Assembly (NCBI GenBank): GCA_945890035.1
Contig: CAMDCJ010000002.1
Span: forward strand, 3,855-35,854
DNA from: Rickettsia typhi
GTDB taxonomy: Bacteria > Pseudomonadota > Alphaproteobacteria > Rickettsiales > UBA1997
Direction: 5' to 3'
DNA length: 32,000 nt
Position 1 is the first letter of the stretch. Each line of letters opens with the position of its first letter. The notes beneath the pieces were generated by a model. It ran no database searches. It was not told the DNA's origin and saw nothing but the letters and a program-made list of their open reading frames with translations. This document shows positions 1 through 7,608 of this stretch, piece by piece. A program made the position numbers and the translations under genes.

Positions 1-1
1 A

Positions 2-1000
2 TCTGTGGAAGATGGTTTGTTAAAAGGAAAATCGCGCGAAACTTTAGCAAATTTAATCAATTCTTTAGAAAAATTTCACGCTTTTATTGGTTCAAAAACT
101 TTGATGGATTTGGCGAAATCATTGCTCGAAGAAGTTGGTTATATATCGATGTGGCGTATTGAAAATACTCTTGAATCGCAAGGGCGCGTTGAAAATATTG
201 AAGAATTTATGCAAAGTCTCGGCGACTTTTCCAACATTACCGAATTTTTGGAATATGTTTCTTTGGTTGAGGCGCGCGACGATAAAAACTTGCAAGACGC
301 CATCAATATTATGACGATTCACGGCGCCAAAGGTTTGGAATTTGATATGGTTTTTTTACCCGGACTTGAAGAAGGAATTTTTCCGAGCAACAAAGCGGTT
401 GAGCAAAAAAATGGCTTAGAAGAAGAGCGTAGATTAATGTATGTTGCGATTACTCGCGCTAAGAAGAAACTAATAATGTCTTTTGCTAAATCTCGTTATA
501 TTTTTGGCGATATGCAAAATTCTTTGCCCTCGAGATTTTTAAAAGAATTGCCCGAAAATGAAATTGATTTTGAAGAAGTTGGTTTCGCTGGACGCAACTC
601 TTATCAAAAATTTAGCGATGATGATGAAGATGATTTTGCGCAAGATGATTTTTCACAAAATTCAAAAAAAACTTTTTATAAAAATAATTTTTCTTCGGCG
701 CAATCGAGTAAAAGTTTTGGTGAAATGCAACCACGAAAATTCATTAATAATTTAAATTCTTTTGCTACAAAATCGGCAACAAATCCAGTGCCAAATAACA
801 CAAATTTTGTTGCTAAATCAACAAGTTCATCATCAACGGGCTCAAGTGTTTTTGGCAATGTTTCATTAATTGGTGCGCGAGTTTTTCATCAAAAATTTGG
901 TTATGGAAAAATTGAAAATGCCGATGGTAATCGCTTGACTATTTCTTTCGAAAAAACTGGCATAAAAACCGTTATAAAAGATTTCGTAAGTTTTGCTTAA
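2..1000 (+). CDS. uvrD: UvrD/PcrA/Rep-family (SF1) DNA helicase, C-terminal portion; the 5' end lies upstream of the window
   Basis: The ORF is open to the window edge; GTG at 5 is only the first start-like codon. It has SF1 motif V-like IMTIHGAKGLEFD and motif VI-like EERRLMYVAITRAKKKL. An acidic low-complexity linker is followed by the C-terminal VFHQKFGYGKI...ISF tail typical of UvrD/PcrA. Confidence 0.8.
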   Translation, partial: SVEDGLLKGKSRETLANLINSLEKFHAFIGSKTLMDLAKSLLEEVGYISMWRIENTLESQGRVENIEEFMQSLGDFSNITEFLEYVSLVEARDDKNLQDAINIMTIHGAKGLEFDMVFLPGLEEGIFPSNKAVEQKNGLEEERRLMYVAITRAKKKLIMSFAKSRYIFGDMQNSLPSRFLKELPENEIDFEEVGFAGRNSYQKFSDDDEDDFAQDDFSQNSKKTFYKNNFSSAQSSKSFGEMQPRKFINNLNSFATKSATNPVPNNTNFVAKSTSSSSTGSSVFGNVSLIGARVFHQKFGYGKIENADGNRLTISFEKTGIKTVIKDFVSFA

Positions 1001-1035
1001 GGCAGATTGCTTTGAGTTTAAATTTAGAAAAAAAC

Positions 1036-1069
1036 TGGGGAAAAAATAAGAATTCAGCCCCATTTTTTT
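1036..1069 (+). terminator. Weak candidate intrinsic terminator between the convergent uvrD and pilin-like genes
   Basis: tgggg (1036-1040) pairs with cccca (1058-1062) and is followed by a T7 run (1063-1069). The stem is only 5 bp and the loop 17 nt, so this is weak. Confidence 0.3.
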
Positions 1070-1147
1070 AATTATGCCTAAAAACTTTTGTTACAGAGTT
1101 TAATATAAGAAAAATTTAGATTTTCTGTCCAAAATTGGGTATTATAT

Positions 1148-2758
1148 TTATATATTCCACCAACCATTGCAATTACTATGGTAGCTACCATTGCATCCAC
1201 CTGTCCATGTTCCACCATTACTACACTGTCTATCCCCACAGCATCCTCCGTGATAAACGTGACAACCATTGTACAAATTATAGCAACCACTCTTGAATTC
1301 AAATGTGAGGGTTCCGTTGCTATTGCATAAATATTTTACAGTTGATAGGTCTGAAGCATTATTTATTAATCCGGAGGCGCCAATAGCAATATTGCTAATT
1401 GGAGAAGCTATTGAAATGCTAACATTAGAATAGGCGCAATTCCAGCTGTATCTTCTTGCTGTATAAGTTCCTACTGATAATGAGCAAGTTGCAAGAGAGC
1501 AAGTATTGACAGTTTCCAATACCCCAGAACTATTGCATGTGTATGTCACATTTCCAGAGTATCCACTTTTACAAGTTAATGGAAGAGGTGATGAAGTGAA
1601 TGAAACTTGAGTGCCATCAGCGGTTGTATTCAGGCTGTTAGGAACTGAACATTTAATTACCGAACAAGTATTTGAAATTACAGAAAATGATCCGCCACTG
1701 CATTTGTAATTGATTGCACCGTTGAAACCCGTTGCACAAGCAATTTGACCACCTGCCGTTGGTTGAACGGTTGTAACCGCTGGATCAGCATTGATATTAC
1801 TAGGAACCGTGCAAGCAATGAATTCTTGACTCGCCAACGCTCCTTCATATTTTTTCATTTTCCATTTTTTGTATAAATATTCTTCGATATCGGCTTTTTC
1901 TTTAACACTTAAATTGCGATTGAAGAATGAAGTTTCACCAATATCACCATTGATGAAATTGGCTGGAGTGTCTCCGTTTCTGCAACCAATTGATAATTCG
2001 GCGTTATTAAAAGTTGAGGAGGTGAGAGTATCGCTTTGCGTTGAACTTATACCATTTATTGAAATTTCAATTTGCGAACCTTTGATTCTTGAAAGGCGAA
2101 TTAGATTTGGAGTATTGATTTTGGCTTGTTTGGCGCCAGTAACGCTGATAGTGTTTGATGAATTTTTAACGCTAAATTTATAAAAACCCGAATTTAATTC
2201 TAAAGAAAATGGAAAACTAGTGGCGGTGGCGTTGTTTTTTTCAATAATTATTCCATCATCTAGAGTTATTGGGCTGTAGGTTAAATATAAGGTAAAATCT
2301 TCGGAATTATTAACAAAAGATTGGTTTGGAATAGTTACGCAATTACCAACTGTTGTACTAGTTTTTTTGAATCTCACCGCAGGTAAACTGTTTATCCCCG
2401 ATAAGATATAAGATGGATAAAGGCTTTCCGAAGGACTGTTTGACGAAGCGGGAGAAGTTGATTTTGGATTGGTATCTTTCCAAATTGAAACCGTTGTTTT
2501 ATCGTCTTTTTCTTTGTCGAAGGCTTTGTCGGAAGTGGCATCAAGCCATAAAGCTAAATCATCGATTCGCGTAATTCTCGATGCTTTGGAAAGGTTGCGA
2601 GCACTTTTTAAAGAGGCTTCGGAAATCATTTCAAAAGCTTGCGAAATGCCCGCAAGTAAAATTCCAACTATGATTATTACTACTGATATTTCAACCAGTG
2701 TGAAGGCCGAGGGGGTTTTGAAATTGAACCTTCTCTTGAAGATAGAATTTTTTTTCAT
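1148..2758 (-). CDS. Pilin/pseudopilin-like protein: prepilin-type N-terminal helix, LamG (concanavalin-like) domain, two 4-Cys modules and a Cys/Gly/His/Trp-rich tail
   Basis: ATG at 2756-2758. The N-terminus MKKNSIFKRRFNFKTPSA/FTLVEISVVIIIVGILLAGI is a basic leader, then F-T-L-V-E, then a hydrophobic helix (class III signal, Glu at +5). The middle region ends in FINGDIGETSFFNRNLSVKEKADIEEYLYKKW, the usual closing pattern of LamG_3 domains. The C-terminal third has tandem ~54-aa C..C..C..C modules and the tail GCYNLYNGCHVYHGGCCGDRQCSNGGTWTGGCNGSYHSNCNGWWNI. Confidence 0.65.
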   Translation of the reverse strand: MKKNSIFKRRFNFKTPSAFTLVEISVVIIIVGILLAGISQAFEMISEASLKSARNLSKASRITRIDDLALWLDATSDKAFDKEKDDKTTVSIWKDTNPKSTSPASSNSPSESLYPSYILSGINSLPAVRFKKTSTTVGNCVTIPNQSFVNNSEDFTLYLTYSPITLDDGIIIEKNNATATSFPFSLELNSGFYKFSVKNSSNTISVTGAKQAKINTPNLIRLSRIKGSQIEISINGISSTQSDTLTSSTFNNAELSIGCRNGDTPANFINGDIGETSFFNRNLSVKEKADIEEYLYKKWKMKKYEGALASQEFIACTVPSNINADPAVTTVQPTAGGQIACATGFNGAINYKCSGGSFSVISNTCSVIKCSVPNSLNTTADGTQVSFTSSPLPLTCKSGYSGNVTYTCNSSGVLETVNTCSLATCSLSVGTYTARRYSWNCAYSNVSISIASPISNIAIGASGLINNASDLSTVKYLCNSNGTLTFEFKSGCYNLYNGCHVYHGGCCGDRQCSNGGTWTGGCNGSYHSNCNGWWNI

Positions 2759-2895
2759 TTAGGATTTATTAAGATTGTTTAAGAAAATTTTTAATAAAAT
2801 TTCAAGGAATAGTTTAAAAAAAGAATCTAAATTTCGCAATATTATTTATAATTAAAAATGAAAAATAACAGGTGAGTGTTTTTAATTTGAATTAT

Positions 2896-3582
2896 TTATT
2901 GAATATCGGCGTATTTTCCTTTGAAATAAAGCAATGGTTTTGAGTCTTTGACGCTATTAAAATCAACTACTTCGCCAATTATAATGTGGTGATCGCCCAT
3001 CTTGATTACTTTATGTTTTTTGCATTCAATAAAAGCTAATGAATTGTAAAAAATTGGATTGCCAAATTTGCTAAAAAAATAGGGCTCGACATGCCATTTA
3101 TGTGAATTTTTGGGAGTGGCGAAAGCGCTTGATAAATCGCGTTGCTCAACCGCTAAAATATTCAATAAAAAATAACGATTTTTCTTAAAAAATTTTAAAT
3201 TGGTAGATTTATTGTCGACGCAAAATGAAACCAGCGGAGGCTCAAGAGAGATCGATGAGAAGGAATTTATTGTCATGCCAAAAAATTCATCGGCAAAGAT
3301 TTTTTTAATTTTATTAAGAATTTTTTCGTCAATAAAATTCTGAAAATCGCCTTCTTTGATTTTAAAATCTTTGTGAAATATTTTTTGCGATAAACGCTTG
3401 CCGACTTGATTTTCTTCAAAAAAATTATGCCAAAAATCTTCAAATTTTTTAATGAAATTATTATTCTCTAAAAAATTTTGATTAAAAAATTTGGTGGCGA
3501 AGAAGTTGCGTTTGCGGGCGCAGGCTATAACTACTCCCGTAGCAAAATTACCAAGATTTTCTCTTAATTTTTTCTTGTCCAT
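2896..3582 (-). CDS. Flavin reductase-like (FMN-binding split-barrel) protein carrying a ~75-aa low-complexity insertion
   Basis: ATG at 3580-3582. Flavin_Reduct-like blocks are NFATGVVIA, GMTINSFSSISLEPPLVSFCV, FLLNILAVEQRDLSSAFA, AFIECKKHKVIKMGDHHIIIGEVV and PLLYFKGKY. The first two blocks are separated by an F/N/K-rich insert. Confidence 0.6.
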   Translation of the reverse strand: MDKKKLRENLGNFATGVVIACARKRNFFATKFFNQNFLENNNFIKKFEDFWHNFFEENQVGKRLSQKIFHKDFKIKEGDFQNFIDEKILNKIKKIFADEFFGMTINSFSSISLEPPLVSFCVDNKSTNLKFFKKNRYFLLNILAVEQRDLSSAFATPKNSHKWHVEPYFFSKFGNPIFYNSLAFIECKKHKVIKMGDHHIIIGEVVDFNSVKDSKPLLYFKGKYADIQ

Positions 3583-3585
3583 GGC

Positions 3586-5616
3586 TTAAAATTTTAAAGA
3601 AAATAAACTAAAAAAACTGGTTTTTATTAGAGAATAAAGGGTGTCACCTTTCGAGATAATTGGAATAGCGAAATCGATAAAGATTAAACCGATAATTACC
3701 AAGCCGAAAACCATCCAAGTGGCGTAATGATAAACGAAACCACTTTGGATTTTTGAAACGCCACGAGAGGCGAGGCGACATATTGAAACGGCGCCATTTG
3801 GAATGCCATCAACGATTTTCATATCAATAATTCTCCACAAGAAATTACTAAGTTTTTTAGTTGGATTTATTAGGGTATTTTCGTAAAACTCATCGAAATA
3901 CCATTTGTTGTAAGAGAGGTTGTAAAGCCTTGGGAAGGTTTTAGCGAGAAGCTTTGGCAATTGTGGTTTTTTAATATAAAACACAAAAGCTAAAGTGATG
4001 GCAACAACTCCAACAAGCATCGGAGCAATTTTTACTAAAAATGGCGCATGATGAATTTCGTCATAAAGGAAGAATTTTGACAGAGAAATTGTGATGGCTG
4101 AAGTGAAGAAGCCGTTGGTTGAAACCATGCCCAAAACTTCGGCGCCGAGATAGCCAACAACGATCGAGCCAATCGATAAAAGTAATAATGGAATAAGCAT
4201 AGTTTTTGGTGATTCGTGAGCGTGATCGAAGGTGTGTTGATCGGCGCGAGTCTTGCCGTGGAAGGTTAAAAATAAAAGGCGCCAAGAATAAAATGCCGTT
4301 AAAAATGCTGAGGTGATGCCCATGAAAAAAGCAAATTTGCCGACGGGAGTATGTGCCATGTAAGCCGATTCTAAAATTACATCTTTAGAGTAAAACCCAG
4401 CGAAAGGTGGAAAGCCTGCGAGAGCAAGAGAGCCAATCCACATTGCGACATAAGTTATCGGAATTTTTTTCCACAAACCGCCCATTTTTTGAATATTTTG
4501 TTCGTGATGCATGGCGTGAATAACGCTTCCAGCGCCAAGAAAGAGTAGGGCTTTAAAAAAGGCGTGAGTTGCCAAATGAAAAATCGCGCCCGAATAAGCC
4601 GACATTCCGCAGGCAAAAAACATATAGCCAAGTTGCGAACAAGTTGAGTAAGCGATAATTTTTTTAATATCATTTTGCGTTAAGGCGATGGTCGCCGCAA
4701 AAAGCGCGGTCGTGGCGCCAACGATGGCAACCAAATCAAGCGCGATTGGCGATAATTCAAAAAGTGGCGAGCAACGAGCGACTAAAAATACTCCGGCCGT
4801 AACCATGGTCGCGGCGTGAATTAAGGCAGAAACTGGCGTTGGACCTTCCATTGCATCTGCCAACCAAACATGCAAGCCAATTTGCGCCGATTTGCCCATG
4901 GCGCCAATGAACAATAAAATGCAAATTGTGTCGACGGTTAAAAATTCAGTTCCAAAAAGCGTAAAGCGGTCGGAAGCGTGATTGCAAATTTGATAAAAAA
5001 CTTTGGAATATTCAACAGAATCAAAGTTTAAATAAATTAAGGCGATTGCTAAAATTAAACCTAAATCGCCGACGCGATTGGCGATAAAAGCTTTCATCGA
5101 AGCGCGATTCGCCGAATCTTTTTTGAACCAAAAACCAATGAGTAAATATGAGGCAACGCCAACGCCTTCCCAGCCGAAAAATAATTGCACAAAATTATCG
5201 GCGGAAACCAGCGCAAGCATGAAAAAAGTAAAAAGCGATAAATAAGACATGAAACGAGCGATGGAACGATCGTCATGCATATAACCAATGGAGTAAAGAT
5301 GGACTAAAAATGAAATATAAGTGACGACGATGAACATTACCGCACTTAGAGCATCAACATGAATTGACCAGTTGGCGATAAAGCTTCCCGATTTTATGAA
5401 GCTAAATAAAACATCACTTTGAATTTGTTTAGTTTGATAAAATTGAACGAAAACCATTGTGGCGCAAAGGGCGGAGCCGAACATTAAAGCGGTGGTGAAA
5501 TATTGAGCGAATTTATCTGAGAAGCCATGATTATTTTTGCTTGGAATAATTCGTGATAAAATTCCTGAAAATAAAAAGCCGATTAGAGGCAGGAAAATCG
5601 TGAGTTTAGCTAGCAT
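3586..5616 (-). CDS. nuoL: NADH-quinone oxidoreductase subunit L (complex I antiporter-like subunit, ND5 homologue)
   Basis: The track ORF starts at TTG 5628. The first ATG (5614-5616) gives MLAKLTIFLPLIGFLF, a typical NuoL N-terminus. The protein is polytopic, with WEGVGVASYLLIGFW and HAATMVTAGVFL blocks. The C-terminal KWYFDEFY...IVDGIPNG region is characteristic of the NuoL lateral-helix segment. Confidence 0.85.
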   Translation of the reverse strand: MLAKLTIFLPLIGFLFSGILSRIIPSKNNHGFSDKFAQYFTTALMFGSALCATMVFVQFYQTKQIQSDVLFSFIKSGSFIANWSIHVDALSAVMFIVVTYISFLVHLYSIGYMHDDRSIARFMSYLSLFTFFMLALVSADNFVQLFFGWEGVGVASYLLIGFWFKKDSANRASMKAFIANRVGDLGLILAIALIYLNFDSVEYSKVFYQICNHASDRFTLFGTEFLTVDTICILLFIGAMGKSAQIGLHVWLADAMEGPTPVSALIHAATMVTAGVFLVARCSPLFELSPIALDLVAIVGATTALFAATIALTQNDIKKIIAYSTCSQLGYMFFACGMSAYSGAIFHLATHAFFKALLFLGAGSVIHAMHHEQNIQKMGGLWKKIPITYVAMWIGSLALAGFPPFAGFYSKDVILESAYMAHTPVGKFAFFMGITSAFLTAFYSWRLLFLTFHGKTRADQHTFDHAHESPKTMLIPLLLLSIGSIVVGYLGAEVLGMVSTNGFFTSAITISLSKFFLYDEIHHAPFLVKIAPMLVGVVAITLAFVFYIKKPQLPKLLAKTFPRLYNLSYNKWYFDEFYENTLINPTKKLSNFLWRIIDMKIVDGIPNGAVSICRLASRGVSKIQSGFVYHYATWMVFGLVIIGLIFIDFAIPIISKGDTLYSLIKTSFFSLFSLKF

Positions 5617-5839
5617 GGAAATTGACAAAAAGTTAAAAAAATTTTTGGTAAAAAAGAATTTATTTTTGCTATTTTATAACCGAATTTATTTTTGGCAAAT
5701 CTTTAAATGCATTTAATTTGTGGATAAGAAATTAAAAGTAACCTGGTACCTTTTTTGGTTTTTTTGTGGATAAACGTTTCATCTTTTTCTTCGAAAAAGA
5801 TTCACGACTGGGATTGCGTCGCCTTTGGCTCCTGATCCC

Positions 5840-5917
5840 GTTCTTCGCTAAAATAGCCGTTTAGGCTATTTTTGAATAGCGAAGAACTTACTAAAAATAG
5901 CCGTTTAGGCTATTTTT
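5840..5917. repeat. Two copies of a 24-bp hairpin unit; the first is nested inside an 11-bp inverted repeat
   Basis: aaaatagccgtttaggctattttt occurs at 5850-5873 and 5894-5917 (stem aaatagcc/ggctattt, loop gttta). gttcttcgcta (5840-5850) and tagcgaagaac (5877-5887) are perfect reverse complements around the first copy. Confidence 0.9.
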
Positions 5918-5936
5918 TTAACGCAAATAACCTATC

Positions 5937-6037
5937 GCAAATTTAGGGAGAATTTGAATCGCTTCTGCTACGCATTAAATTTGCTAAAGCAAATTTAGGG
6001 AAAATTTGAATCGCTCCACGGCGAATAAATCGCCGTA
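5937..6037. repeat. Two copies of a 29-bp unit plus associated hairpins; founder copies of a dispersed repeat family
   Basis: gcaaatttagggagaatttgaatcgcttc (5937-5965) and gcaaatttagggaaaatttgaatcgctcc (5989-6017) match at 27/29. One hairpin is aaatttgc-taaa-gcaaattt (5977-5996). A second is acggcga-ataaa-tcgccgt (about 6019-6037). Confidence 0.85.
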
Positions 6038-6104
6038 TCCGCGATGAATTTTGAATTAAAAGTAACCTGGTACCTTTTTCTTTGGTGTAATCACTCTCCC
6101 ATAG

Positions 6105-6450
6105 CGGCTTACACCCCTATAAACTCGTAAAAGCTTCAGGCTGTAGCTCCCCCCTTGAGGGGGAGCAGGCTAAAATGTTTTAACGGTAGTTAAAACTTTT
6201 AGCCGTGGGGGGTCAAAAACTTAGAACATCAAAGGTTTTAATGTTGCTAGAAAAGTTAAAGCAAAAAAATTCAGAATTTTTTTGTTTTAATTTTTGAGTT
6301 AACCTCAAGCCCGTTCATGTTGTCGGTATCTGACCCCTCACGGCTCCCAAATCGCAACTATCGTTGCGATTTTATCGCCCGCTCCCCCTCAAGGGGGGAG
6401 CTACAGCCTGAAGCTTTTTAAGAGCTTGTAGAAATTTGTAGGGGTATAAG
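6105..6450. repeat. Nested palindromic, MITE-like element with GC-rich arms and an AT-rich centre; no ORF
   Basis: Perfect 35-bp inverted repeat: aagcttcaggctgtagctccccccttgagggggag (6131-6165) against its exact reverse complement at 6382-6416. The arms extend imperfectly outward (gcttacacccctat / ataggggtataagc-like) and inward. An inner inverted pair is gtggggggtca (6204-6214) / tgacccctcac (6331-6341). Internal hairpins lie at 6167-6203 and 6349-6372. Confidence 0.85.
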
Positions 6451-6464
6451 CTTTAGCCCCTCCC

Positions 6465-6533
6465 AAAATTTTCTTGCAGAAAATTTTACCCTCCCGCGAA
6501 GGGGAGGGTGATTAGACCGAGCTACAGCCTGAA
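6465..6533. repeat. Two perfect hairpins plus a third copy of the gagctacagcctgaa motif
   Basis: One hairpin is aaaattttc-ttgca-gaaaatttt (6465-6487). The other is accctccc-gcgaag-gggagggt (6488-6509). gagctacagcctgaa at 6519-6533 repeats 6399-6413 and occurs inverted at 6134-6148. The GC hairpin lies just downstream of the minus-strand cassette and might act as its terminator, but no clean U-run follows. Confidence 0.8.
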
Positions 6534-6606
6534 AAATTTATAGTTTAATAAATTAATAAAATATATCAGATATTCAAAAGGTTGGAAAATAATTTATCTT
6601 TAAATG

Positions 6607-7608
6607 TTAAGATTGTATTTCATAAATTAATCCAAAATCTTTATATTTTTCATCATTTACAATAGCGTCAAGATATTCAATGGGATAACTTTCAATTTCA
6701 TCTTCTAATAATGAATACATCTCAATTCCGATTTCGGTAAGTATTGCAAAACATTTCATATTAAACTCTATTGTTCCAGCACTTACGGGTTGTTTTGTGA
6801 TGTAGAATTTGATTTTATTTGTGCTAAATATTGTAAATTTAAAATCTTTTTCCAAGAATTTTTTAAGCTCAAGCAGTCCCTCAATATTCATGGCTTTTTT
6901 TAAAGATTCTTCATTGAGGGTTGCATTCTTCCATGATAAGATACCCACAACTTCAGCTGTTTCCAATTTATAATTATAACCTTTATTGGCATCTTGATTA
7001 ACAAAAATACGATTTGAAAATTTTAAATTGTCGCTATGTGCTTGGCAAAAATTCATTTCCTGAAAATCTTGGATAATATTTTTATAATTTAAAATTCCAC
7101 CATTTAAAACATATCTAAATATTTTTTTCAATATTTGTAATTTTTCATCCGTTATACTGGCAATAAAATCAATTGTTTCTTTTGAAATATTCAATTCTTT
7201 GCTATTTATTTTTTGAGCAGCTTTTTTTAGTAAAATTTTGACTTCAATTTGGCGGTTTTTGTGAATGTAGTCTATTATTTCTCTGTAAATATCAAATTCG
7301 TCATTTGTAAAATCTGAATCTTTTTTTATATCAAGATCTACATCTAAACAGGTTTTTAATGTATATTCTTGTTCTTCTGGCGTAAGGCAATTTAGAATTA
7401 TAAAACCAGCTTTAAGAACTGGTTTTATTGCTTCCCTAGTTATCTCGCCTTTATGATATTTTAATATCGTATCAAAAAGTTTATTCCTGTTTTCTTGTAT
7501 ATAAAGCGGGATATTGCTTGCAACAAAGTTTGCGATTTCTTTGGTAGTATCCTTAACTTCTTGAATTGCTTCGCCATTTTCTTTTTTTAATTTTTTAAAC
7601 CATTTCAT
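6607..7608 (-). CDS. Hypothetical 333-aa protein, third gene of the TA-like cassette; no recognisable domain
   Basis: ATG at 7606-7608 overlaps the stop of the preceding gene (ATGA, 7605-7608). No signal peptide or TM segment is visible. The N-terminal half looks helical and charged. The C-terminal half has mixed patterns such as FILTEIGIEMYSLLE-like. I recognise no catalytic motif. Confidence 0.6.
   Translation of the reverse strand: MKWFKKLKKENGEAIQEVKDTTKEIANFVASNIPLYIQENRNKLFDTILKYHKGEITREAIKPVLKAGFIILNCLTPEEQEYTLKTCLDVDLDIKKDSDFTNDEFDIYREIIDYIHKNRQIEVKILLKKAAQKINSKELNISKETIDFIASITDEKLQILKKIFRYVLNGGILNYKNIIQDFQEMNFCQAHSDNLKFSNRIFVNQDANKGYNYKLETAEVVGILSWKNATLNEESLKKAMNIEGLLELKKFLEKDFKFTIFSTNKIKFYITKQPVSAGTIEFNMKCFAILTEIGIEMYSLLEDEIESYPIEYLDAIVNDEKYKDFGLIYEIQS

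Larger units (their letters stand above)
5730..6079. repeat. Pair of perfect 26-bp direct repeats (5730-5755 and 6054-6079) bracketing a 298-bp hairpin-rich segment
   Basis: aattaaaagtaacctggtaccttttt occurs identically at both positions. The first copy is also flanked by tttgtggataa at 5718-5728 and 5763-5773. Confidence 0.9.

Noticed and set aside
1078-1302. A 74-aa same-strand, alternative-frame ORF overlaps the Cys-rich tail of the pilin-like gene, raising the possibility of a frameshift or a second product.
   Set aside because: The main frame runs uninterrupted to its own stop at 1148, and its Cys/Gly-rich composition continues the upstream Cys modules. I see no slippery site or other reason to invoke frameshifting.
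6085-6215. A possible tRNA, tmRNA or other housekeeping RNA in the GC-rich islands here and at 19381-19514.
   Set aside because: By eye I find no T-loop (GGTTCGAATCC-like) box, no acceptor/CCA arrangement, and no RNase P or SRP signature strings. The GC-rich segments are explained by long inverted repeats instead. A covariance-model scan would be needed to exclude them fully.
5617-6606. A possible CRISPR array, given the many short repeats in an ORF-free tract.
   Set aside because: The repeats belong to several different families, are irregularly spaced and are mostly inverted or hairpin-forming. There is no constant repeat-spacer periodicity and no cas genes in the window.
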